In this document: positions 8,321 through 17,016 of the stretch, piece after piece
Layout: the number at the start of each line of letters is the position of its first letter
How positions within the stretch are numbered: the first letter of the stretch is position 1
Source: Terriglobales bacterium
Lineage (GTDB): Bacteria > Acidobacteriota > Terriglobia > Terriglobales > Acidobacteriaceae
Reading direction: 5' to 3'
NCBI GenBank assembly: GCA_051006995.1
Contig: JBPCSQ010000022.1
Span: forward strand, 8,047-72,046
Length of the DNA: 64,000 nucleotides
Notes under the pieces: model-generated
What the model saw: the letters and a program-made list of their open reading frames with translations, nothing else
The model's database searches: none
What the model was told of the DNA's origin: nothing
Made by a program: the position numbers and the translations under genes

Positions 8321-9406
8321 TTATGGGCGGCGGAAACGGGCCGGGGAGAACGGAAGAACATCGAACTGCGGTGACTCGCCGCGAACGAGTTGGGTCATGA
8401 GGGCGGCGGTGACGGGCGCCAGCAGAATGCCGTCGCGATAGTGGCCGGCAGCGACGAAGTATCCGTCGAATTCACCTGCCCCGAGGATCGGGAGCTCGTC
8501 GGGAGTGCCGGGCCGAAGCCCGGCCCACGCCTCCAGCATGCGCGCCTGCCCGAGTTCGGGAACCATGTCCGAGGCCCTCTGATGAAGAAGCTGGATGGTG
8601 TCGGGAGTGACACGTTTATCGAATCCGACATGCTCCAGGGTCGAGCCGGCCAGGATACGGCCATCGCTGTGCGGGACCAGGTACACCTCCGGGGCGCGCA
8701 CCACGTGGCGCAGCATCTCGCGGCGAGGCGCGATCAGTGCCAGCATTTGGCCTTTGACAGGAATGGTGGGCACCGCCCCCGGCCGCAAATCTGCCGCCCA
8801 TGCCCCGGCGCAGTTCACCACCACGGGCGCACGGAAGCTGGTCTTTTCGGTGCGAACTCCTTGCACCGTTTTGCCTTTGGCAAGCAGCTCGACGGCCGGA
8901 CTGCCGGCAGCGATCTCGATCTGCCGGTGCTTGGCCGCTTTCAAAGCCGCGGCCATGAGAGTGCGGGGATCGAAGCTGCGCTCGCGCAACAGCATGGCCA
9001 CGCCGGTATATGACAAGCAGGGCTCCAATTCCTTGAGTTTGGCGGTATCGGCGACGCTGGAGGCAATCGCGCCCATGCTGGCATTCGATTCCGGGAAGAA
9101 TAGGGTGCCGTGCTCGCGCAAGTCGATGTGCTCGCCGGATTCGTCCTGCAATTCGTGAACGAACTCCGGATAAAGACGGGAGCTGGCGACAGCCAGCGGG
9201 CGGGAGCTGGCGACAGCCAGCGGGCGCAGGACCTCGGGCAGATGTGGGTCGAGTTCGGCCAACATGCCGGCGGCAGCCCAGGAGGCTTCGCGGCCTGGCT
9301 CGCCACGCTCGACGATTAGGACCTGGGCGCCGTGCCGGCGAAGTGACAGAGCCAGGGAGAGACCCACAATGCCGCCACCGACAACGATCACGTCCCAGGT
9401 TTTCAC
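8321..9406 (-). CDS. thiO: FAD-dependent glycine oxidase ThiO-like (DAO family)
   Basis: It has the VIVVGGGIVGLS dinucleotide fold and a C-terminal GHYRDGILLAPVTA motif typical of ThiO. It contains an in-frame 24-bp duplication. Confidence 0.65.
   Translation of the reverse strand: MKTWDVIVVGGGIVGLSLALSLRRHGAQVLIVERGEPGREASWAAAGMLAELDPHLPEVLRPLAVASSRPLAVASSRLYPEFVHELQDESGEHIDLREHGTLFFPESNASMGAIASSVADTAKLKELEPCLSYTGVAMLLRERSFDPRTLMAAALKAAKHRQIEIAAGSPAVELLAKGKTVQGVRTEKTSFRAPVVVNCAGAWAADLRPGAVPTIPVKGQMLALIAPRREMLRHVVRAPEVYLVPHSDGRILAGSTLEHVGFDKRVTPDTIQLLHQRASDMVPELGQARMLEAWAGLRPGTPDELPILGAGEFDGYFVAAGHYRDGILLAPVTAALMTQLVRGESPQFDVLPFSPARFRRP
9178..9225 (-). repeat. Perfect 2 x 24-bp in-frame tandem duplication inside thiO-like gene
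   Basis: gggagctggcgacagccagcgggc occurs twice (9178-9201 and 9202-9225). This encodes RPLAVASS-RPLAVASS. Confidence 0.9.
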
Positions 9407-9632
9407 GGCAACATTGTAGATGCCGTCGGAGGCGAGAAAGAGAGTTACAGCCGGCAGTTCCAGTTAGCTGCCGGTAGAGAGTCCCCAACCGCTGGCGGAG
9501 AATGCCAGTCGCTGCTAATTCCCGGCGCTTCTGTTATTTACATTGACGATACGCATCGGCGTGCGCTAGCTTGGCATCTTTTATACTAGAGGGTGGGGAG
9601 TTCCGGCCTGTGCGCCGGACCAATCAGACAGA

Positions 9633-10610
9633 ATGACTGCAAGCCAGGCAAAATCGCTTTTGTTATTGAAGCCAAGGGGTTTCTGCGCCGGCGTGGTGCG
9701 CGCCATAGACATCGTGCGGATCGCGCTGGAGACCTTCGGTCCGCCCATTTATGTGCGCAAGGAGATCGTGCACAATCGGTATGTGGTGGAGGAGCTCTCG
9801 GCCAAGGGAGCCATCTTTGTAGACAGCGTGGACGAGGTGCCTTCGGGGGAGCGGGTGATTTACAGCGCTCACGGGGTGGCGCCTGAGGTCCGTGATGCCA
9901 GCCAGGATCGAAATCTGCGGGTGATTGATGCCACCTGCCCGCTGGTGACCAAGGTCCACGTGGAGGCGGTCCGCTTCGCCAAAGAGGGGTACTCGCTCAT
10001 CCTGATCGGCCATCGTGATCACGACGAGGTGATCGGGACCTTGGGTGAGGCGCCCTTGGTGACCCAGGTAGTGGGCTCGGCAAGGGAAGTGGAGCAGTTG
10101 CACGTCCCCGACCCAAACCGGGTGGCGTACCTGACTCAGACCACGCTTAGCCTGGATGAGACGCGGGACATCGTCGAGGCGTTGAAGAAGAAATATCCCA
10201 ACATCAAAGGGCCGGCGGCGCAGGACATCTGCTACGCGACGGAGAACCGCCAGACGGCGGTCAAGCACATTTGCAGCGAGGTGGATCTGTTGTTGGTGGT
10301 GGGTTCCGACAACAGCTCCAATTCGAAGCGGTTGGTGGAGGTGGCGCGCAGCCTGCGGACTCCTTCGCATCTCATCGAGAACTATCGGGCAATCAAGCCA
10401 GAATGGCTGGAGCAAGTGCAAAACGTGGCGGTCACGGCGGGAGCGTCGGCGCCGGAATGCCTGGTGGAGGAAGTGGTGGATTTCCTTCGCGACAAGGGCT
10501 TCAGCAACCTGCGTGAGGTGGAGGTAATGCCGGAGAATGTGCGCTTCGGGCTGCCACCGGAGATCGTGGAAGCCATCGGCAGCGCGCCGGCGGTTACCGC
10601 CGCAGAATAA
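9633..10610 (+). CDS. ispH: 4-hydroxy-3-methylbut-2-enyl diphosphate reductase
   Basis: 325 aa with GFCAGVVRAI, HNRYVV, SAHGV, ATCPLVTKVH, GHRDHDEV and SSNSKRL, the full IspH/LytB motif set. Confidence 0.9.
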   Translation: MTASQAKSLLLLKPRGFCAGVVRAIDIVRIALETFGPPIYVRKEIVHNRYVVEELSAKGAIFVDSVDEVPSGERVIYSAHGVAPEVRDASQDRNLRVIDATCPLVTKVHVEAVRFAKEGYSLILIGHRDHDEVIGTLGEAPLVTQVVGSAREVEQLHVPDPNRVAYLTQTTLSLDETRDIVEALKKKYPNIKGPAAQDICYATENRQTAVKHICSEVDLLLVVGSDNSSNSKRLVEVARSLRTPSHLIENYRAIKPEWLEQVQNVAVTAGASAPECLVEEVVDFLRDKGFSNLREVEVMPENVRFGLPPEIVEAIGSAPAVTAAE

Positions 10611-10655
10611 TTTTCGTACAGGAGAGTTCGGGCGGATCTTCCCCCAGAGCCCCAG

Positions 10656-12614
10656 ATGGCATTTGGCAAGATTGACGACGTGCTGAGCCGCGTGGCCGCC
10701 GCAGTGGATGCGGCGCGCAAGTACCTGTTCTCCATCCAGCATCCGGACGGGTATTGGTGCGGCGAACTCGAGGCCGACTCGACCCTCGAGTCCGACTACA
10801 TCATGATGCACACGCTGCTGGGGACCGGCGATCCCGCCAAGTTCGGCAAGGCAGCGCAGTGGATCCTGGACCACCAAAACCAGGACGGCGGATGGCCGAT
10901 TTTTGAGGACGGGCCATCCGACGTCAGCGCCTCCATCAAGGCCTACTTCGCGCTGAAGCTTGCCGGGTTCAATGCCGACCACGCCGCCTTGGTGAAGGCG
11001 CGCCAGGCCATCAGCGATCTGGGCGGGCCGACGAAGGCGAATACCTACACCAAGATTTATCTCTGTTTTTTCGGCCAGTACGACTGGTTCGCGGTGCCGG
11101 CAATTCCACCGGAGATCGTGCTGTTTCCCAACTGGTTCTGGTTCAATATCTACGAGATTTCATCGTGGTCGCGAGCCATCTTTATTCCGCTGGCCATCGT
11201 GTACGCCAAGAAGCCGTACAAGAAAATTCCGGTGGAGATGGGGATTGAGGAACTGTTCCCCGCCGGGCGCGAACACACCAACCTACACCTGCACTGGGAT
11301 GCAAAGATTGTCAGCTGGCGCAACTTCTTCCTGTTCCTGGATCGGGCAACGCACTGGTTCGAGCGCTTCCACATCCGGCCGCTGCGCTCGATCGCGCTAG
11401 CCGCCGCCGAGGAGTGGATGCTGGAGCGCTGCGAGATGAGCGATGGCGTGGGCGCCATTTACCCCGCCATGATGAACTCCATCATCGCGCTGCGCTGCCT
11501 CGGGTATTCGGTGGACGATCCGCAATTCATCCGCGCCATGGATGAGTTCGAGGCGCTGGGCATCGAGGAAGAGAAGACGTTCCGCATGCAGCCGTGCAAG
11601 TCGCCGGTATGGGACACGGGATACGCGCTGTATGTGCTGGGGGAAAGCGGGGTCAGCGGCAAAGACCCCCGGATGATTGCCGCCGCAGAATGGGTGCTGA
11701 AGAAGCAGGTGACGCACAAGGGTGACTGGTCGGTGAAAAATCCGAAGGCGCAGCCGGCGGGCTGGTACTTCGAGTTTAACAACGAGTTTTATCCCGACGT
11801 GGACGACACGGCGCAAGTCTGCCTGGGTCTGAATGAAGTGGACCACCCCAACGAGCGCTACCAGCGCGAATCGGTGCAGCGCGCCATGGATTGGGTGTTC
11901 TCCATGCAGTGCCGCAACGGGGGCTGGGCGTCGTTCGACAAGAACAACGAGAAGATGGTGTTCCAGTACATCCCGTTCGCTGATCACAACGCCATGCTTG
12001 ATCCGCCGACGGTAGACATCACCGGGCGCGTACTGGAAATGCTGGCGGAACACGGCTACACCCAACAGGACAAGCGCGTGCAGAAGGCCATCCAGTTCAT
12101 CCTCGAGGAGCAGGAACCCGACGGCGCCTGGTTTGGACGTTGGGGATGTAACTACATTTATGGAACGATGCTGTGCCTGCGCGGGCTGGAAGCGATCGGT
12201 GTGGACCACCACGAGCCGTACATTCAGCAAGCGGCGGAGTGGTTGCGCATGGTGCAGAACCCGGACGGCGGCTGGGGCGAGAGCGTGTGGTCGTATCACG
12301 ATGCCAGGGCGCGGGGAGTAGGCCCGAGCACGGCGTCACAAACGGCCTGGGCAGTGCTAGGTTTACTGGCCGCCGGCGACACCCGCAGCGACTCGGTTCA
12401 TCGTGGCGTGGCGTATTTGCTGAAGACGCAGCGCAGCAATGGATCGTGGTGGGAAAAGTGGTACACGGGAACGGGCTTCCCGAAGGTTTTCTACCTCAAG
12501 TACCACATGTACGCCGAATACTTCCCGCTGCTGGCGCTGGCGACATACGCCAAAGTGATGAATGGCGAATCGGAGCAACGATCGGTGCTCGATCAAAATC
12601 TGGGAGAGGCATAG
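10656..12614 (+). CDS. shc: Squalene-hopene cyclase
   Basis: 652 aa with repeated QW motifs (QNQDGGW, QCRNGGW, QEPDGAW, QNPDGGW, QRSNGSW) and the DVDDTA catalytic motif. Confidence 0.95.
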   Translation: MAFGKIDDVLSRVAAAVDAARKYLFSIQHPDGYWCGELEADSTLESDYIMMHTLLGTGDPAKFGKAAQWILDHQNQDGGWPIFEDGPSDVSASIKAYFALKLAGFNADHAALVKARQAISDLGGPTKANTYTKIYLCFFGQYDWFAVPAIPPEIVLFPNWFWFNIYEISSWSRAIFIPLAIVYAKKPYKKIPVEMGIEELFPAGREHTNLHLHWDAKIVSWRNFFLFLDRATHWFERFHIRPLRSIALAAAEEWMLERCEMSDGVGAIYPAMMNSIIALRCLGYSVDDPQFIRAMDEFEALGIEEEKTFRMQPCKSPVWDTGYALYVLGESGVSGKDPRMIAAAEWVLKKQVTHKGDWSVKNPKAQPAGWYFEFNNEFYPDVDDTAQVCLGLNEVDHPNERYQRESVQRAMDWVFSMQCRNGGWASFDKNNEKMVFQYIPFADHNAMLDPPTVDITGRVLEMLAEHGYTQQDKRVQKAIQFILEEQEPDGAWFGRWGCNYIYGTMLCLRGLEAIGVDHHEPYIQQAAEWLRMVQNPDGGWGESVWSYHDARARGVGPSTASQTAWAVLGLLAAGDTRSDSVHRGVAYLLKTQRSNGSWWEKWYTGTGFPKVFYLKYHMYAEYFPLLALATYAKVMNGESEQRSVLDQNLGEA

Positions 12615-12623
12615 GCTGAACTG

Positions 12624-13742
12624 ATGGCAGTACCGGTTTCACAGATGTGGACGGTTGCGACCTACGTCCTGAAGCAGAAGCTGAAGGGACGCAAGCGGTA
12701 TCCGCTGGTGCTGATGCTGGAACCTCTGTTCCGCTGCAATCTGGCGTGCGCCGGATGCGGCAAGATCCAGTACCCGGGCCACGTGCTGAAGATGCAGCTC
12801 ACGCCGGAAGAATGCTTCAAAGCGGTAGAAGAGTGCGGCACGCCCACGGTCGCCATTCCGGGTGGGGAGCCGCTGTTACATCCGCAGATCGCTGAAATCG
12901 CGGCCGGGCTGGTGGCGCGCAAGAGGTACATCTATTTGTGCACCAACGCGCTGCTGCTCAAAGAAAAGCTCCATCTGTTTCAGCCCAGCAAGTACCTGAC
13001 GTTCTCCGTCCATCTCGATGGCGAAAAGGAGAATCACGATTTCTCGGTGTGCCTGGAGGGCGGATACGAGAAGGCGGTGGAGGGGATTCGCGAGGCTCTG
13101 CGGCGTGGCTTCCGGGTGACGACGAATACGACGCTGTTCGACGGCGCCGACCCCAAGAGTGTGCGCGCGTTTTTCGATCAGATGATGGAGCTGGGCATCG
13201 AGGGCATGATGCTCTCGCCGGGATATTCCTACGACAAGGCGCCCGACCAGAGCCACTTTCTAGGCCGCTCACGCACGCGGCGGCTTTTTCGCGCCATATT
13301 GTCAAATCGCAAAGCAAACTGGCGATTCAACATGTCGCCGCTGTTTCTTGAGTTCCTGATGGGCAAGCGCACCTACCCATGCACCGCGTGGGGCATGCCG
13401 ACATTCAATGTGTTCGGCTGGCAGAAGCCCTGCTACCTCCTGCAGGACGGCTACGCCGATTCGTTTGCCGAGCTCCTGCAAGGCACGGAGTGGGAGCGCT
13501 ACGGAACCGAGTCCGGCAATCCCAAGTGCGCCAATTGCATGGTGCACAGCGGCTACGAGGCCTCGGCGGTGAACGACACCTTCAGCTCGCTACGCGGCAT
13601 CTGGGCGACAGCGCGCGCCAGCTTCAGCCGTTATCGCGATCCCGAGGCGGCGGCACTGCTGAATGAGCCGGTGCGCCCGGTACATGCTTTCAATCCCCTG
13701 GTGCAGATCGAGTCGCAGCCGGCGCAGGAGAGCCGCGCGTGA
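12624..13742 (+). CDS. hpnH: Adenosylhopane synthase, radical SAM protein HpnH
   Basis: It has a radical SAM CNLACAGC cluster motif and a C-terminal SPASM-like Cys pattern (CTAWG...CANCMVHSG). It lies 9 nt after shc, the classical hpnH position. Confidence 0.88.
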   Translation: MAVPVSQMWTVATYVLKQKLKGRKRYPLVLMLEPLFRCNLACAGCGKIQYPGHVLKMQLTPEECFKAVEECGTPTVAIPGGEPLLHPQIAEIAAGLVARKRYIYLCTNALLLKEKLHLFQPSKYLTFSVHLDGEKENHDFSVCLEGGYEKAVEGIREALRRGFRVTTNTTLFDGADPKSVRAFFDQMMELGIEGMMLSPGYSYDKAPDQSHFLGRSRTRRLFRAILSNRKANWRFNMSPLFLEFLMGKRTYPCTAWGMPTFNVFGWQKPCYLLQDGYADSFAELLQGTEWERYGTESGNPKCANCMVHSGYEASAVNDTFSSLRGIWATARASFSRYRDPEAAALLNEPVRPVHAFNPLVQIESQPAQESRA

Positions 13743-14173
13743 CCGGCAAGGAATGCGGCAACCAGCCGCGCGTCCAGGATCCCGACTCGCTGGAAGTGGT
13801 GGAAGGCCGCCGGCGCGAGCAACTGGAAGGATGGGTGCCGAAGCTGGCGAATGAGGAAGAACTGCGCCAGGCGCTGGAGCAGGCCTTCGACTACCGCGGC
13901 GATGTGCTCATCACTTGCAAGGACGGCAGCAAGATTGAGGGATACATTTTCGATCGCCGTAGCGGGCGAACGCTGGCTGATTCCGTGGTCCGCCTGATGC
14001 CCAAGGACACACGGCAGAAGATTTCGATTAAGTATTCGGACATCGCGGCCTTGGCATTCACCGGCCGCGACATGGCCGCCGGTAACAGCTGGGAATCGTG
14101 GGTACGGCAGTATTGGGAAAAGAAGACAGCCGGCGAACAGGACATCTCTCTGCAACCGGAACGCCTGGAATAA
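13739..14173 (+). CDS. Hypothetical soluble protein embedded in hopanoid operon
   Basis: 144 aa. The GTG start overlaps the hpnH stop (GTGA) and the ORF ends 7 nt before hpnA. I recognise no TM segment and no domain. The start codon is uncertain. Confidence 0.45.
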   Translation: MTGKECGNQPRVQDPDSLEVVEGRRREQLEGWVPKLANEEELRQALEQAFDYRGDVLITCKDGSKIEGYIFDRRSGRTLADSVVRLMPKDTRQKISIKYSDIAALAFTGRDMAAGNSWESWVRQYWEKKTAGEQDISLQPERLE

Positions 14174-14180
14174 CGGCGGG

Positions 14181-15179
14181 ATGAAAGCCTTCGTCACAGG
14201 AGCGACCGGCTTCGTCGGAAGCCATGTTGCGCGCGAACTGGCGGCGCAAGGGGCGGAGCTGCGGTTGCTGGTGAGGCGCACCAGTCCCACGCGAAATATC
14301 GAAAATCTCAATGCCGATCGCGTTTTTGGGGATCTGGCCGATACGGCGGGCCTGCGCCCGGCCATGAGCGGCTGCGATGCGGTATTTCATGTCGCGGCCG
14401 ACTACCGCTTGTGGACACGCGACGCCGCCGACGTGACTTCAATGTATCGCTGTAACGTGGAGGGAACGCGCGGACTGATTGAGACCGCGCGGCAAGCGGG
14501 AGTGAAGCGCATCGTTTACTGCTCGACGGTTGCCACCATGGGATTCACCGGCAACGGCCGGCCCGCGGATGAAACTTCTCCCGTGCGAGCAGAGGAGATG
14601 ATCGGGCATTACAAGCGGTCGAAGTTCGTGGCCGAGCAGGTCGCGCTGGAGGCCGGGCGGTCCGGAGGCGACGTCATCGTCGTTAATCCGACGGCGCCGG
14701 TGGGAGAGCAAGACGTCAAGCCCACGCCGACGGGACGAATCATTCTCGATTTTGTGAAGCGCCAATTTCCCGCGTACGTAGAGACGGGACTCAACATCGT
14801 GGACGTGCGGGAGGTCGCGCGCGGACACGTGGCGGCGCTGGAAAAGGGAAAGCCGGGAGAGCGCTACATCCTGGGCGGCGAGAACCTGACGTTGAAGCAG
14901 ATCCTCGACAAGCTAGCCGCGATTACCGGCATTGCGGCGCCGCGGATCAAGCTGCCATATGTGGTTGCGCTGGCCGCTAGTGTGGGCGATACGGTCGTGA
15001 CAGGGAAGATTCTGCGACGGGAGCCGCGCGTCAGCCTCGACGCAGTGCGTATCGGACGCAAAAAAATGTGGGTGACCTCGGCGAAGGCGGAGCGGGAACT
15101 GGGCTGGCGAATCGTGCCGGTGGATGATGCCTTGCGCAGGGCGGTGGAATGGTTTCGGGCAAACGGCTATGCCGGCTGA
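14181..15179 (+). CDS. hpnA: Hopanoid-associated NAD-dependent sugar epimerase/dehydratase family protein HpnA
   Basis: It has a VTGATGFVGSHV Rossmann motif, a YKRSK catalytic motif, and the expected position in the hpn cluster. Confidence 0.8.
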   Translation: MKAFVTGATGFVGSHVARELAAQGAELRLLVRRTSPTRNIENLNADRVFGDLADTAGLRPAMSGCDAVFHVAADYRLWTRDAADVTSMYRCNVEGTRGLIETARQAGVKRIVYCSTVATMGFTGNGRPADETSPVRAEEMIGHYKRSKFVAEQVALEAGRSGGDVIVVNPTAPVGEQDVKPTPTGRIILDFVKRQFPAYVETGLNIVDVREVARGHVAALEKGKPGERYILGGENLTLKQILDKLAAITGIAAPRIKLPYVVALAASVGDTVVTGKILRREPRVSLDAVRIGRKKMWVTSAKAERELGWRIVPVDDALRRAVEWFRANGYAG

Positions 15180-15180
15180 A

Positions 15181-15870
15181 ATGGCCATCATCGCGGCTTT
15201 GCGGCGTGAAATTTGGCCGCTGGTAAAGACCTGGAAACAGCGAGCGGGGCCAGGTCACATCGAGATTTTCGAGAAGGACAGGTCGGTGGCCATCTGCGGC
15301 GGGGTGGGCGCAGCAGCGGCCCGGGCGGCAGCGGAGTTGGCGTTTGGCATGGCGCGGCCCTGCGTAGTAATCTCTGCGGGCTTTGCCGGGGCACTGGAGC
15401 CCGGCCTGGCGGCCGGAGACGTATTTACGCCGGCGGTGGTAATCGACGCTCGATCGGGACGCAAGTACCCGGCTGGGAATGGTCGAGGCACATTGGTAAG
15501 CGCCTCCGCAGTGAGCAATACGGCCGCCAAGCGCGAATTGGCGACCAAGTTCGGCGCCCAGGCGGTGGACATGGAAGCGGCTGCCGTAGCTGAGGTTGCG
15601 GAAGCACACGGCGTGGCATTCGCTGCGGTAAAGGGGATTTCCGATGCTGCCGGTTTTGTCCTGCCGCCGGTAGCGCGGTTTGTGGATGAATCAGGACGAT
15701 TCCATACCGGGCGCTTCGTGGTGCGTCATTTAATGCGGCCATGGACTTGGCCCAACTTGGCGCGGTTGGCGGTAAATAGCGGGCGTGCATCTCGGGAACT
15801 TTGTCGTACCCTGCTGCATCTGATTGAGAAACAAGCACGAGAAGTCCCAGATGCTGTAAGTCGAACTTGA
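15181..15870 (+). CDS. hpnG: Hopanoid-associated phosphorylase/nucleosidase HpnG (PNP/UDP family)
   Basis: The features GFAGAL, AVDMEAAAVA and KGISD fit the nucleoside phosphorylase fold. The ATG at 15181 is 1 nt after the hpnA stop. An alternative ATG at 15169 overlaps hpnA. Confidence 0.78.
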   Translation: MAIIAALRREIWPLVKTWKQRAGPGHIEIFEKDRSVAICGGVGAAAARAAAELAFGMARPCVVISAGFAGALEPGLAAGDVFTPAVVIDARSGRKYPAGNGRGTLVSASAVSNTAAKRELATKFGAQAVDMEAAAVAEVAEAHGVAFAAVKGISDAAGFVLPPVARFVDESGRFHTGRFVVRHLMRPWTWPNLARLAVNSGRASRELCRTLLHLIEKQAREVPDAVSRT

Positions 15871-16985
15871 TGGCAGTGGCCACACAAACCGGTGTTGCCC
15901 GCGATGCAGTGGCTATTCCCGCCACTATGCGGGCGGCGGTCTATCGGGGCAAGAACGATGTGCGGGTGGAAGAGGTTCCGGTACCGAAGATTGAAGCCGG
16001 CGAACTGCTGATTCAAGTCCACACCTGCGGCATCTGCGGCACCGACCTAAAAAAGATTTCAACTGGATCGCACTCCGCCCCTCGTATTTTCGGCCATGAG
16101 ACGGCAGGGACAGTGGCTGCTGTCGGCCGGGATGTGAAAGGTTATGCGCTTGGGGACCGGGTCAGCGTCTTCCACCACATTCCTTGCGGCGACTGCTACT
16201 ACTGCCGGCATAAAGTCTTTGCCCAATGCCCCGTTTACAAGCAGGTTGGCTGTACGGCGGGATTTGAGCCGAGTGGAGGCGGATTTTCGGAGTACGTCCG
16301 TGTAATGGACTGGATTGTTGCCCGTGGCGGCGTAGTCAAGCTGCCCGATGACGTTTCTTTTGAGCAGGCCTCTTTCATTGAACCGATCAACACCTGCATG
16401 AAGGGAATTGAAACTCTGGGCCTGAAGAGCGGCGAAACGGTGCTAGTGATTGGACAAGGTCCTATCGGTATCCTATTGGCGGCATTGGCACAAAAGTCGG
16501 ATGCACAGGTAATAACTTCCGATTTATTTCCTCAGAGGCTTACAATATCCGATGGCTTCGGCCTTGGCAGGTCCATTGACGCGTCCAGGACGGATACAGT
16601 CCAGACGGTGCGGCAGTGGACCGATGGACGAGGCGCCGACGCCGTGGTCCTGGCGGTAGCCGGGACGGCCCTGATTCGGACTGCCATGGACGCAGCCCGG
16701 CCCGGGGGCAGGGTCCTCCTGTTTGCGCAGACGGTACGAGGAGAGGCCGTCATTGACCCTGCTGCGATCTGCGTGGATGAAAAGACTCTGTTGGGCTCCT
16801 ACAGCGCCTCCATCGACCTTCAGGCCCAGGCCGTAAGTTTTGTCTGCCGCCGGGAAATGGAGCTGGAGCGGCTTATCTCGCACCGTTTCGCCCTGGCGGA
16901 GGCGGTGGAAGCATTGAACTTGGCCGCGAATCCACGACCGGAGTCAATGAAGGTCGTGATTCAGCCGGCGTTGCGAACGGCATGA
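15870..16985 (+). CDS. Zn-dependent medium-chain dehydrogenase (polyol/threonine dehydrogenase type), copy 1
   Basis: Catalytic Zn ligands are CGICGTD and GHE. The structural Zn motif is CGDCYYCRHKVFAQC and the Rossmann motif is VIGQGPIG. The ATG at 15870 overlaps the hpnG stop (ATGA). The alternative start MRAAVY is at 15927. Confidence 0.8.
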   Translation: MAVATQTGVARDAVAIPATMRAAVYRGKNDVRVEEVPVPKIEAGELLIQVHTCGICGTDLKKISTGSHSAPRIFGHETAGTVAAVGRDVKGYALGDRVSVFHHIPCGDCYYCRHKVFAQCPVYKQVGCTAGFEPSGGGFSEYVRVMDWIVARGGVVKLPDDVSFEQASFIEPINTCMKGIETLGLKSGETVLVIGQGPIGILLAALAQKSDAQVITSDLFPQRLTISDGFGLGRSIDASRTDTVQTVRQWTDGRGADAVVLAVAGTALIRTAMDAARPGGRVLLFAQTVRGEAVIDPAAICVDEKTLLGSYSASIDLQAQAVSFVCRREMELERLISHRFALAEAVEALNLAANPRPESMKVVIQPALRTA

Positions 16986-17016
16986 GGCTTCGCGGCCGGC
17001 GAAAGGAACTTGGATA

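Noticed and set aside
9565-9590. Sigma-54-like TGGCAT-N-TATAC element upstream of ispH
   Set aside because: The -12 element lacks the required GC dinucleotide (TTGC), and the spacing does not fit TGGCAC-N5-TTGCW.
9407-9632. Possible TPP riboswitch upstream of the thiO-like gene
   Set aside because: I looked on the minus strand for the conserved CUGAGA ... ACCUGAUCUGGAUAAUGCCAGCG core and found nothing resembling it. Only a local hairpin is present (cagccggcag/ctgccggtag). An Infernal scan would be decisive.
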